64,000 nucleotides of DNA from an uncultured Lachnospiraceae bacterium (GTDB lineage Bacteria > Bacillota > Clostridia > Lachnospirales > Lachnospiraceae). Positions 41,446 to 49,498 of the stretch are shown piece after piece (position 1 is the first letter of the stretch; each line of letters begins with the position of its first letter). Under the pieces are notes generated by a model. It was not told where the DNA came from and ran no database searches. It was given only the letters and a program-made list of their open reading frames with translations. The stretch spans positions 7,755-71,754 of the forward strand of contig CAMJPD010000001.1 in the NCBI GenBank assembly GCA_946407765.1, written 5' to 3'. The position numbers and the translations under genes were made by a program.

Positions 41446-42423
41446 ATGAATAAACTAAATTTAAGAAAATTGATTCCAGGAATTATAAGTGTGTTCATTA
41501 TCATGAGCATGGGATTTGCTACATTTGCCACAAATCTTGATCTAGAAGCATTTGTAAAGAGAGATGTTTTTCTTACTAAGTATTACGAGCTTGATTGGAA
41601 GGTAGATGAACTTGATTCTATGATTCAGAGACTTTATAAATTTACATGTGATAATGTAAAGTCTTTTTCAGGAACATATATGCACTATAACTCATCACCA
41701 TATTTTGCTATGCCTAATCAAGGAAATAATACATATCCACTTAGAAATTATGTCATTGCAGAAATAAGTGATGAAGGATATCTTCATGTTAACAAGAGAT
41801 TTACTCTCTATGTCAACTCATTTACAAAATCTAATGTAAAAACACTTACAAGAGAAATTCCTGCATCACTATGTGCATGGATGCCAGGTATAGAACCAGC
41901 TCCAAATTGTAAAGTAAAATATAATATTAAGATAACAGATACAAACCCAACACAAACTACAGGAACGAGCAGTACAGTAGAAGTAATCATGGGACCATTC
42001 AAAAAATTCCCAAGAATTACAGGAACGGGACTTTCAGGTGCTCTCATATGTGAAGTTCCAAGAGTTTTAATTCTCGGAGGGTTTAACCCAGCAAACTCAG
42101 TGTACTTTGCACAAAATCAAGAAAAGGAACCAACATCATGGTCATCAACTACAACAGCTATGTATGTAGGCACAAATAACAAGGGTTCGCAATATTCTCG
42201 TTTTCCAGATATGGACATAACACAATTTACAAATGATATATATACACTCGATTCTTCAAAGCAGACACAAACATTTTATTTTTCAAACGCTTTTTCGCAA
42301 GACTTATCTAATGCAACTAATGTATGGATAAGATATTATACGACAGATAACAATAATATAAATACACAGGGTAATTATGCCGCATTCCCACAGATGAACA
42401 TCACCTCGTGGAACTATAGATAA
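41446..42423 (+). CDS. Cassette 2, family C: secreted hypothetical protein
   Basis: 325 aa. Signal ends ATFA. YYELDWKVDELDSMIQRLYKFTCDNV, IPASLCAW, MGPFKKFP, EPTSWSS, TSWNYR. Confidence 0.9.
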   Translation: MNKLNLRKLIPGIISVFIIMSMGFATFATNLDLEAFVKRDVFLTKYYELDWKVDELDSMIQRLYKFTCDNVKSFSGTYMHYNSSPYFAMPNQGNNTYPLRNYVIAEISDEGYLHVNKRFTLYVNSFTKSNVKTLTREIPASLCAWMPGIEPAPNCKVKYNIKITDTNPTQTTGTSSTVEVIMGPFKKFPRITGTGLSGALICEVPRVLILGGFNPANSVYFAQNQEKEPTSWSSTTTAMYVGTNNKGSQYSRFPDMDITQFTNDIYTLDSSKQTQTFYFSNAFSQDLSNATNVWIRYYTTDNNNINTQGNYAAFPQMNITSWNYR

Positions 42424-42517
42424 GTAGTAAAAGGAAATAATGAGAATAGAAGAACAATTATTTCCCAACACCCTCTGGTATTCTCGTATAACATTTCAGT
42501 ACAATAAGGAGAAAACA

Positions 42518-43573
42518 ATGAACAAACACATCAAAAGATGCATGTCATATGCCCTCGGCATCATTCTTGCAATGGGCATCGGCCTTTCGTATGCGTATGC
42601 AGTCGGCGCCAATGACTCAAACGCATTCGTCACAGTGACAGAGTTTGATGCAAAGGTTGCCCAAATCGAAGCATCACTTGATAATGTTGCACAAACTATA
42701 AAAACTACGAATTTAGACTTTGTCATGAACGGTCCAAGACTTCAAGCAAGCCTTATTGAAGGGATGGAAAATACAAGTGGTGCTTCTACTTACGGAAATC
42801 CATTTGAATCTACCATGTCTTCTGGACTTAGTACAACAACCAATAACTATTTAATGAGAAGCAATATAGTTCTTACAGATCAATGGGATGGTAGGCAATC
42901 TGTGGATAGATATGACTATTATGGTGGAGATATGAATGGCCCAGAATATTCTTGCAAGATGAGGTATGCGCTTAGATCGGATCAAGATCCAAATATTTAT
43001 TTAATTTTTAGTTATTATTATGTTGCAAATTCAGGACATCCAACTCTCGTACAAGTTTGGTATCTTGATATAAGTAAGCCATATCAAGATTATTCTACTG
43101 CTAGAAGCCTTACTGTTACTTTCTCATATCAAGATCACATGCTTTTTAATGGAAATCCATTTTATGACACATCAAGAAGTAGCTCATATATATACACATC
43201 GAACAGACTTGAGTATATGCAAAATACTAGATTGTGCTATTCAGGTAGTAATAATACTCCTACATATGGGGCTTTAGCAAATCCAGGAACAGGCTATTTT
43301 ACTTGCCAAGTAATAGGAGACAATGTAACACAGACATATGACTTCCCTGCAAACTCAGGAGGTATGAGACTAGTTGCAGGATGGCTATCTTTTGGTCCAT
43401 GTGCGTTAAAAAGAATGGAAGGACGTAAATATGGGAATCTATCAGATATGCTAAGAGTATCTGTTACAGGCGACACAAAGCCATCACAAGTTTATAAAGT
43501 ATTCTCTCCTCAAAAAAACTGTCTAGCTCTTAAATCATACATGAATGGTGAGATACCAATATTTAATGAGTAA
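42518..43573 (+). CDS. Cassette 3, family A: secreted hypothetical protein
   Basis: The internal ATG at 42518 is chosen (AAGGAG RBS; MNKHIKRCMSYA aligns with the family). 351 aa. SYAYA-VGANDSNAFVT, TNLDFVMNGPRLQ, QWDGRQSV, PNIYLIFSYYY, KVFSPQKNCLALKSYMNGEIPIFNE. Confidence 0.9.
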   Translation: MNKHIKRCMSYALGIILAMGIGLSYAYAVGANDSNAFVTVTEFDAKVAQIEASLDNVAQTIKTTNLDFVMNGPRLQASLIEGMENTSGASTYGNPFESTMSSGLSTTTNNYLMRSNIVLTDQWDGRQSVDRYDYYGGDMNGPEYSCKMRYALRSDQDPNIYLIFSYYYVANSGHPTLVQVWYLDISKPYQDYSTARSLTVTFSYQDHMLFNGNPFYDTSRSSSYIYTSNRLEYMQNTRLCYSGSNNTPTYGALANPGTGYFTCQVIGDNVTQTYDFPANSGGMRLVAGWLSFGPCALKRMEGRKYGNLSDMLRVSVTGDTKPSQVYKVFSPQKNCLALKSYMNGEIPIFNE

Positions 43574-43586
43574 TAGGAGAACGGCG

Positions 43587-44858
43587 ATGAATAAATATAT
43601 TAAAAAGTGTTTAATTGTATATGTTTCTCTTGCACTAATCCTTGTTGGTATGGCTGGAGTTTCTTATGCCATTACTGCATCAGATGCAGATGGTTATGTA
43701 ACAAGATCAGAATTTGCAACAGATATGACATATCTCCAAACAAAACTAGATGAAAAAGAATCAAGTCTTTTAGGCAAGATAAATAAATATCGTTCAACAG
43801 ATATAAAATTTATAACATGGGATTCTCCTGACAAATATTATGACGTAGGAACAAGTAATAGATTCAGCGGTTATCATACTGGTGGAAACTTTTTTCCAAG
43901 AAAAAAATCTGCTAACGGCTCTAACTATATGTATTCATATGGTTTATATAACAATATGTATCAGAGAGGTACACAAAACTATAGAACAGACATAAATATA
44001 TATAGGCTATGGAATGGAAATTATTTTATCTGCCCATCTTTAGGAGACAAAGAAAGTTTGTCTGACGACTCTGGAATAGAATATTATGATCTTAGAACAT
44101 ATGCTGTTCCTGTAGAAGACCTTCCAGGATGGTATATGGTTATGGGAACTTTCTATCAAGAATATGCTTATTTAAGATTAATTTTTTCTCTTGTAAAACT
44201 TGATGCTTCAGTTCCTATGCCATCTAATAGTGAATTGCTTAATATATATAATACTTCACATACAATTCGTCTTAAGAAAGATCTTTGGGATTATTGCGGT
44301 GACTATACCCCAAAATTAACAACAACTCCAACAACACTAACAGCAACTTCTACATATGCATACAATACAAACTGGACTGGTCCGCTTTGCCCTACTTGGA
44401 TTACAGGTAATAGATCTGGTTCTTCAGGAACTGATTCTTGCGTATGGACAGGAGTAGTTGATAAGGATACTGGAGATTATATACTTACATTCAACCATGT
44501 GCGTCCAGTTTCTGCATATTACCAGGATATATGGTATGACTATTCTGGAACTAATTGCATGATATGTAGATTTTTACCAAAGGATAATGTTGAATATATG
44601 ATGGGACCTATGTCAACGACATCACTTAACTATGCCCCTTCATCAACTAATCAAACATCAAGTCAGATGGCAATCCCAGATGCGAGATACATAGGAACAG
44701 GATTGCATGATGATCCATCATGGGAACATGAAATTGTAGAATGTGTTAATGGAATTAAATACTGGCATGCTGTCAGAAGAGCAGAGAACACAAGAAAGAG
44801 TACTGTCAAGACACCTTTTGGACTTTCGTTCCACTGTTCATTACCAATAGTATATTAA
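43587..44858 (+). CDS. Cassette 3, family B: secreted hypothetical protein
   Basis: The ATG at 43587 is chosen (AGGAG RBS; MNKYIKKCL). 423 aa. INKYRSTDIKF, YRLWNGNYFI, AVPVEDLPGWYM, DNVEYMMG, CVNGIKYWHA, HCSLPIVY. Confidence 0.9.
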   Translation: MNKYIKKCLIVYVSLALILVGMAGVSYAITASDADGYVTRSEFATDMTYLQTKLDEKESSLLGKINKYRSTDIKFITWDSPDKYYDVGTSNRFSGYHTGGNFFPRKKSANGSNYMYSYGLYNNMYQRGTQNYRTDINIYRLWNGNYFICPSLGDKESLSDDSGIEYYDLRTYAVPVEDLPGWYMVMGTFYQEYAYLRLIFSLVKLDASVPMPSNSELLNIYNTSHTIRLKKDLWDYCGDYTPKLTTTPTTLTATSTYAYNTNWTGPLCPTWITGNRSGSSGTDSCVWTGVVDKDTGDYILTFNHVRPVSAYYQDIWYDYSGTNCMICRFLPKDNVEYMMGPMSTTSLNYAPSSTNQTSSQMAIPDARYIGTGLHDDPSWEHEIVECVNGIKYWHAVRRAENTRKSTVKTPFGLSFHCSLPIVY

Positions 44859-44883
44859 AACAAATGTTTATAAGGTGAAAGTT

Positions 44884-45882
44884 ATGAATATAATAAATTT
44901 AAAAAAATTTCTCCCAGGATTTATAAGTGTGGTTATAATAGCAGGCATGGCTGCAAGTACATTCGCAACAAATATTGACCTATCAGCATTTGTTCAGAGA
45001 GATACATATAAAACAAAATTTTATGAGCTTGAGTGGCGCATAGATGATATAGATAACGAGCTTGATAGACTTTATAAATATACATGTACTAATATTAAAT
45101 CATTTGCTGGGTCAAATTTTGCATATAATGGATATGTTTTTAGATCTGCATTTCATCCAAATGCTCAAACTAGTGCAACATATGTTGCAGCTTCTATAGG
45201 AAAGATGTTAGATACAAGTCAAAGCAAGTATTTAAGATTTAATTCTGCAGGACTTCTTAGTTGGGCTTCTGCTACATATGATTCAACAAAAACGCTTCGC
45301 GTGTTTGAGTATAGTGTTCCAGCAAGTCGTTGCATATGGCGTGATGACATAGAGTTATTGCCAGAAACTAAAGTGTCACTAAGAGGAACTTTAGATGGAA
45401 TTATAAACGCAACATCTTCAATAGAAATAGTTATGGGACCATTCAAGAAATTTCCTAAGATCACAAGCCCAGGAATGGGGAAAACGACGGGATATGTATG
45501 TGAATGGCCTACAGCAGTATTGCACAATGCATGGTCTGATAGAACAATATATTATGCTTCAGGTTCTAAAACAAAACCAACATCATGGACTACAGAATCA
45601 AGTGCAAAAATGTATATTACATATGCCACAAGAGGAATAACTTCAAATTCTAAGACAGTGCCTTCAACAGATGAAGATAGAGCAGGAGGATTCTTCAAGG
45701 AAGCCATGAAGGACTATACTCAACAACTCTATATTTACACATCTGCCTTTAATGCACTTGATGGTAAGGAAAATTGCTGGGTAAGACTAAATTTTTCAAT
45801 GAGCAACGATACAGGCTCTATGGCAGCAAGACTTGATAGTAGCTTTGTAAATCACACCAACTGGAACACCCACGAGGAATAA
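44884..45882 (+). CDS. Cassette 3, family C: secreted hypothetical protein
   Basis: The ATG at 44884 is preferred to the GTG at 44875 (AAGGTGA RBS; MNIINLKKFLPGFISV aligns with C1/C2). 332 aa. FYELEWRIDDIDNELDRLYKYTCTNI, VPASRCIW, MGPFKKFP, KPTSWTT, TNWNTHEE. Confidence 0.85.
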   Translation: MNIINLKKFLPGFISVVIIAGMAASTFATNIDLSAFVQRDTYKTKFYELEWRIDDIDNELDRLYKYTCTNIKSFAGSNFAYNGYVFRSAFHPNAQTSATYVAASIGKMLDTSQSKYLRFNSAGLLSWASATYDSTKTLRVFEYSVPASRCIWRDDIELLPETKVSLRGTLDGIINATSSIEIVMGPFKKFPKITSPGMGKTTGYVCEWPTAVLHNAWSDRTIYYASGSKTKPTSWTTESSAKMYITYATRGITSNSKTVPSTDEDRAGGFFKEAMKDYTQQLYIYTSAFNALDGKENCWVRLNFSMSNDTGSMAARLDSSFVNHTNWNTHEE

Positions 45883-45935
45883 CAGGGACGTAAGAATAAT
45901 TATTTCCCACTTAATAAATATACAAGGAGATTATG

Positions 45936-46958
45936 ATGAAAACGAACATTAAAAAGTATCTTTCATATGTTCTCGGTATTGTTCTCGCAATGGGCCTTGG
46001 CCTTTCGTATGCATATGCAGTCGGCGCCAATGACTCTAATGCATTCGTCACCAAGACAGAGTGGCAGGTGAAGGTAGCTCAACTTGAGACCTCACTTGAC
46101 AATGTAAATAAGACAATTAAAGATACTAATATGGATTTTGTGATGAACAGACCAAGATTGCAGGTTAATCTTTTCGAGGGATTACAAAACTGTGCATTTC
46201 CAACAAGAGAATCAAGACTTTACTTTGCTCCATCTGGTTATCACAGTACCTCTTTTTCGAGTATAGAAAATCAGTATCCAAAGTGGAATGGACTATATCT
46301 TGCAGATCAGTGGAATGGAAAACAAAAAGTTGTAAATTCTTATTGGCCAACAGGAGATACATCTTATGAAACAGAAAGCTTTTGCTGCAGATATGCTCTT
46401 GCAACAACAACACCAGGTTATTATGTAATAGTATCTGTATTTTATAGATCTGCACACACATTCCACTATGTTAAGTTAGGAAAATATCCTTTTGAGTCAT
46501 CTGTATCAGCTAAATCACTTCAAGTAAAGTTTAAGAAATCAGAATGGGGAAACATACACAATAATAGTCAAGTAAGTGCATATAGCAGATCTAATTCATA
46601 TATTTATTCGGGAAATGTATATCCACAAAACACATCCTACGTAAACTGGGTAAATGGTGCTGCAGATGGCTACACAGGTACAAATGCATACACATCACGC
46701 GTTGATGATGGAGAATACTGGACACAAACTTTTGAATTTCCATCTGGTAGCTGGGCGATGAAATGTGTAGGTAGTTCGTCTCCTTATCATTTGTTCCCTT
46801 TAGATATGACTACGAGAAAATTTGGAACGCTTTATGATACATGTAATGTGAACCCAACAGACCAATGGGGTGAAGTAGCCAAGGTCTATAGTCCAGCCAA
46901 AGGTTGTTATTGCTTAAAGTCATATATTAATGGCGAAGTTCCTATACTTAATGAGTGA
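45936..46958 (+). CDS. Cassette 4, family A: secreted hypothetical protein
   Basis: The second of two adjacent ATGs is chosen (AAGGAG spacing; MKTNIKKYLSYV has the same length as A2). 340 aa. SYAYA-VGANDSNAFVT, TNMDFVMNRPRLQ, QWNGKQKV, GYYVIVSVFY, KVYSPAKGCYCLKSYINGEVPILNE. Confidence 0.9.
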   Translation: MKTNIKKYLSYVLGIVLAMGLGLSYAYAVGANDSNAFVTKTEWQVKVAQLETSLDNVNKTIKDTNMDFVMNRPRLQVNLFEGLQNCAFPTRESRLYFAPSGYHSTSFSSIENQYPKWNGLYLADQWNGKQKVVNSYWPTGDTSYETESFCCRYALATTTPGYYVIVSVFYRSAHTFHYVKLGKYPFESSVSAKSLQVKFKKSEWGNIHNNSQVSAYSRSNSYIYSGNVYPQNTSYVNWVNGAADGYTGTNAYTSRVDDGEYWTQTFEFPSGSWAMKCVGSSSPYHLFPLDMTTRKFGTLYDTCNVNPTDQWGEVAKVYSPAKGCYCLKSYINGEVPILNE

Positions 46959-46972
46959 TGGAGGCAGAGATT

Positions 46973-48220
46973 ATGAATAAATATATTAAAAAGTGTTTAG
47001 TTGTATATATATCTCTAGTTGTGATTCTATGTGGCATGGTAGGAATTACTTATGCTATAACAGCATCTGATGCAGACCAATATATTACCAGATCTCAATA
47101 TGCAACAGATATGAATCATTTGCAATCGAAGCTTGAAGAGAAAGAATCAAGCATTATGGGCAAAATTAATAAATATCGTTCAACAGATGTTAAGTTTGTA
47201 ACATACGATAATCCTATAAAGCAACACCTTAGTGGAACAACTAATTTTATAGGAAAATACAATGGAGGAAACTATTTCCCAAGGCAATATCCCGGCAATG
47301 CCGGTGGTAGAAATGCCACATATGAAGCTGTATCATATCAAAAGCAGGGAACAAATGCACATTTGAATTTATATAGATTATATAATGGTAATTATCTCAT
47401 TTCTAATGCTATGGGATATTCAGATGATAGTACTTATACTTTATATCCTACGACAAATTTTGCTGTTCCATGTGAAAATTTACCAGGTTGGTATCTAGAA
47501 TGTAGATTACAATATCAAGGCTGGAATGTTTGCTACTACCTTGTATCATTATTAAAACTAGATGCAACTGTTCCATATCAAAAACCATACGCTACAGAAA
47601 GAAATAGAATACATAATATGGAATTGATGTTCCGTTTTAAGAAAGATTTCTTCAAATATACAAGTGATTATGCAACAAAATTAACTCCAACACCTACTAC
47701 ATACAGTGCTAATATAGCACGTTTCTATAATTCAGCATATAATCAACCTTTCTCATATTGTTATCACAATACAGAAAGTTCTAATAGTGAGGCGGTAACT
47801 ATTCGTTCATGGCTTGATGAGGATACGGGGGATTATATGATGGGAGTAAAGGGACTTTATGCTAATATCCCTGATTATGCTTCTGCAACCATGTGGTTTA
47901 CTAGTTCAAGTATAGGACTCTCAAGACTTATAGTTTCGGATAATGTTGAATACCAATGTGGTAATACTTATGGATATTTCTTTACAAATACAGGTGGAAA
48001 TAGCGGACAATCTCAAGGTGGATATCCACCTCCATGTCACATAGGAGAAGGGCCTGGCGCATATGGTGATGGTTACTGGGAATATGAATTTGTTGATTGT
48101 GAAAACGGAATAAAATATTGGCATGCTTATAGAAAAGCAAGAAATGCAAATCCAACAGGTGAGACGGGAACAGGATATTCTTCTGTAGGCGTTCACTATA
48201 ATATTCCTATATTATATTAA
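46973..48220 (+). CDS. Cassette 4, family B: secreted hypothetical protein
   Basis: The ATG at 46973 is chosen (GGAGG RBS). The first 27 nt are identical to B3. 415 aa. INKYRSTDVKF, YRLYNGNYLI, AVPCENLPGWYL, DNVEYQCG, CENGIKYWHAY, HYNIPILY. Confidence 0.9.
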   Translation: MNKYIKKCLVVYISLVVILCGMVGITYAITASDADQYITRSQYATDMNHLQSKLEEKESSIMGKINKYRSTDVKFVTYDNPIKQHLSGTTNFIGKYNGGNYFPRQYPGNAGGRNATYEAVSYQKQGTNAHLNLYRLYNGNYLISNAMGYSDDSTYTLYPTTNFAVPCENLPGWYLECRLQYQGWNVCYYLVSLLKLDATVPYQKPYATERNRIHNMELMFRFKKDFFKYTSDYATKLTPTPTTYSANIARFYNSAYNQPFSYCYHNTESSNSEAVTIRSWLDEDTGDYMMGVKGLYANIPDYASATMWFTSSSIGLSRLIVSDNVEYQCGNTYGYFFTNTGGNSGQSQGGYPPPCHIGEGPGAYGDGYWEYEFVDCENGIKYWHAYRKARNANPTGETGTGYSSVGVHYNIPILY

Positions 48221-48261
48221 TTCATAATATACGGTTATAAATTTTAGATAAGGGTGAAATT

Positions 48262-49239
48262 ATGAAAGCAAATATAAATAAAAAAATGATAACTTCCATA
48301 GTAAGCATTGTTATTGTCGCAGGCATGGCTCTTCAATCATTTGCTACAAATATAGACCTTGAAGCCTTCGTTAATAAAGAGGAATATATGTCTAAGTACT
48401 ATGAGATCGATTGGAGAATTGATGAGATAGATGCAGAGCTTGAAAGACTTTATAAGTTTACATGTACTAATGTTGCTTCATATGGAGGAACAGGTGATAA
48501 TACATATCGTTCTGATCAGCCATTTTACATGAGAAATGTAACACAAACATACCCATGGTATCCAAATCCTATTGTAGATACAAGTACTGAAGGTTATCTT
48601 CGTGTTAATTTCCAGGATATGATACATAAGTATGGCGCTCATGGTAAGTATGACGTTTTTGAAAGAGAAGTCCCAGCTTCATTATGTAAGTGGAGAACAG
48701 GTTTTGAGTTATATCCTAATACAACAATTAAGATGAAGGTAACAAGAAACCTTGCAAATACAACTTCAGCTTCTCCAACTAAAGGTATGTCTGCTGAAAT
48801 GATAATGGGACCATTCAAGAAAGTCCCTTATATTACACAGACTTCTTATGCAGGAGCATTAATGACAACAGACCAATTTTTCTGGCACTATCAAACTTCT
48901 TACAACATGTATTATGCTTATGGCACAGATAAAGCGCCAACAACATGGTCAACTCAGATGGGAAGTAATATTTACCTATCAAATATGAGCCTTGGTAATA
49001 ACAAGCCAGATAATTTTCCAGCTGAATTAAGATATGAAGTAGATATAGAAAATTCAAAATATAAATATGACAAGGCATCTAATGTAGCCTTTATGTATTG
49101 TTCAAGTGCAATGACAACAGATCTTCGCTCTCGTGATAAGGTATGGCTTAGGGCATATGCAAGTTGGACAGGAGAATTAACAGACTTAACTCTCGCTGAT
49201 TTAACATGTACAACCTGGAACTACAGACCAGCAGAATAA
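48262..49239 (+). CDS. Cassette 4, family C: secreted hypothetical protein
   Basis: 325 aa. Signal ends QSFA. YYEIDWRIDEIDAELERLYKFTCTNV, VPASLCKW, MGPFKKVP, APTTWST, TTWNYRPAE. Confidence 0.9.
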   Translation: MKANINKKMITSIVSIVIVAGMALQSFATNIDLEAFVNKEEYMSKYYEIDWRIDEIDAELERLYKFTCTNVASYGGTGDNTYRSDQPFYMRNVTQTYPWYPNPIVDTSTEGYLRVNFQDMIHKYGAHGKYDVFEREVPASLCKWRTGFELYPNTTIKMKVTRNLANTTSASPTKGMSAEMIMGPFKKVPYITQTSYAGALMTTDQFFWHYQTSYNMYYAYGTDKAPTTWSTQMGSNIYLSNMSLGNNKPDNFPAELRYEVDIENSKYKYDKASNVAFMYCSSAMTTDLRSRDKVWLRAYASWTGELTDLTLADLTCTTWNYRPAE

Positions 49240-49310
49240 GGTAATAAAGGGGACGGAATAATAGGGACGTAAGAATTATCATTCTACTTAATAAAAATAA
49301 ATAAATAATT

Positions 49311-49352
49311 AAGCAAAAACACCTATTTATATGGTGTTTTTTGCTTGTTTTT
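49311..49352 (+). terminator. Rho-independent terminator closing the cassette array
   Basis: AAGCAAAAACACC (49311-49323) / GGTGTTTTTTGCTT (49333-49346), 9-nt loop, one bulged T, followed by GTTTTTT. Confidence 0.8.
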
Positions 49353-49354
49353 TA

Positions 49355-49363
49355 TGTTATAAT
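49355..49363 (+). promoter_or_regulatory. Candidate extended -10 promoter element (TGTTATAAT) for the 49499 gene
   Basis: Exact TGnTATAAT immediately after the terminator. No convincing -35 at 17-bp spacing. About 130-nt leader to the start codon. Sequence pattern only. Confidence 0.35.
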
Positions 49364-49498
49364 TGATACCAAATGGGTGGCGTTTATTTCGCCGTTCGTT
49401 TGTATTTTTTGAGTATTTTGCTTGCTCAAAACTTATTAAAGTAGCCATCAAGGCAGATGTTCAAAACTTAAATTGATATAACACACGGAGGTTTCTCT

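Noticed and set aside
39019-49239. Cassettes as tripartite alpha-pore-forming toxins (Hbl/Nhe/Ahl-type three-gene operons).
   Set aside because: Apart from the short N-terminal heptad segment, the proteins are rich in Tyr/Trp/Asn/Gly/Thr and look beta-rich, not long-helical ClyA-like. A, B and C are not paralogues of each other. This cannot be fully excluded without structure prediction.
39019-49239. Cassettes as sortase-dependent pilus operons (three pilins).
   Set aside because: There is no LPxTG-type sorting signal or C-terminal hydrophobic and charged tail in any member. No sortase gene is in the window.
39019-49239. Programmed variation machinery (DGR reverse transcriptase, invertase/shufflon recombinase, phase-variable homopolymer tracts) acting on the cassettes.
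   Set aside because: There is no reverse transcriptase or recombinase gene in the window. I saw no inverted repeats bracketing promoters and no long homopolymer or dinucleotide tracts in the spacers. Only homologous recombination between paralogues remains plausible.
49240-49498. Possible small RNA or riboswitch in the 259-bp gap before the 778-aa gene (hairpins at about 49378-49392 and 49407-49431). A general search for tRNA or rRNA in all intergenic gaps.
   Set aside because: Only short AT-rich stems are present. I saw no cloverleaf-compatible or conserved riboswitch-like sequence, and none of the gaps is GC-enriched like structured RNAs in AT-rich genomes.
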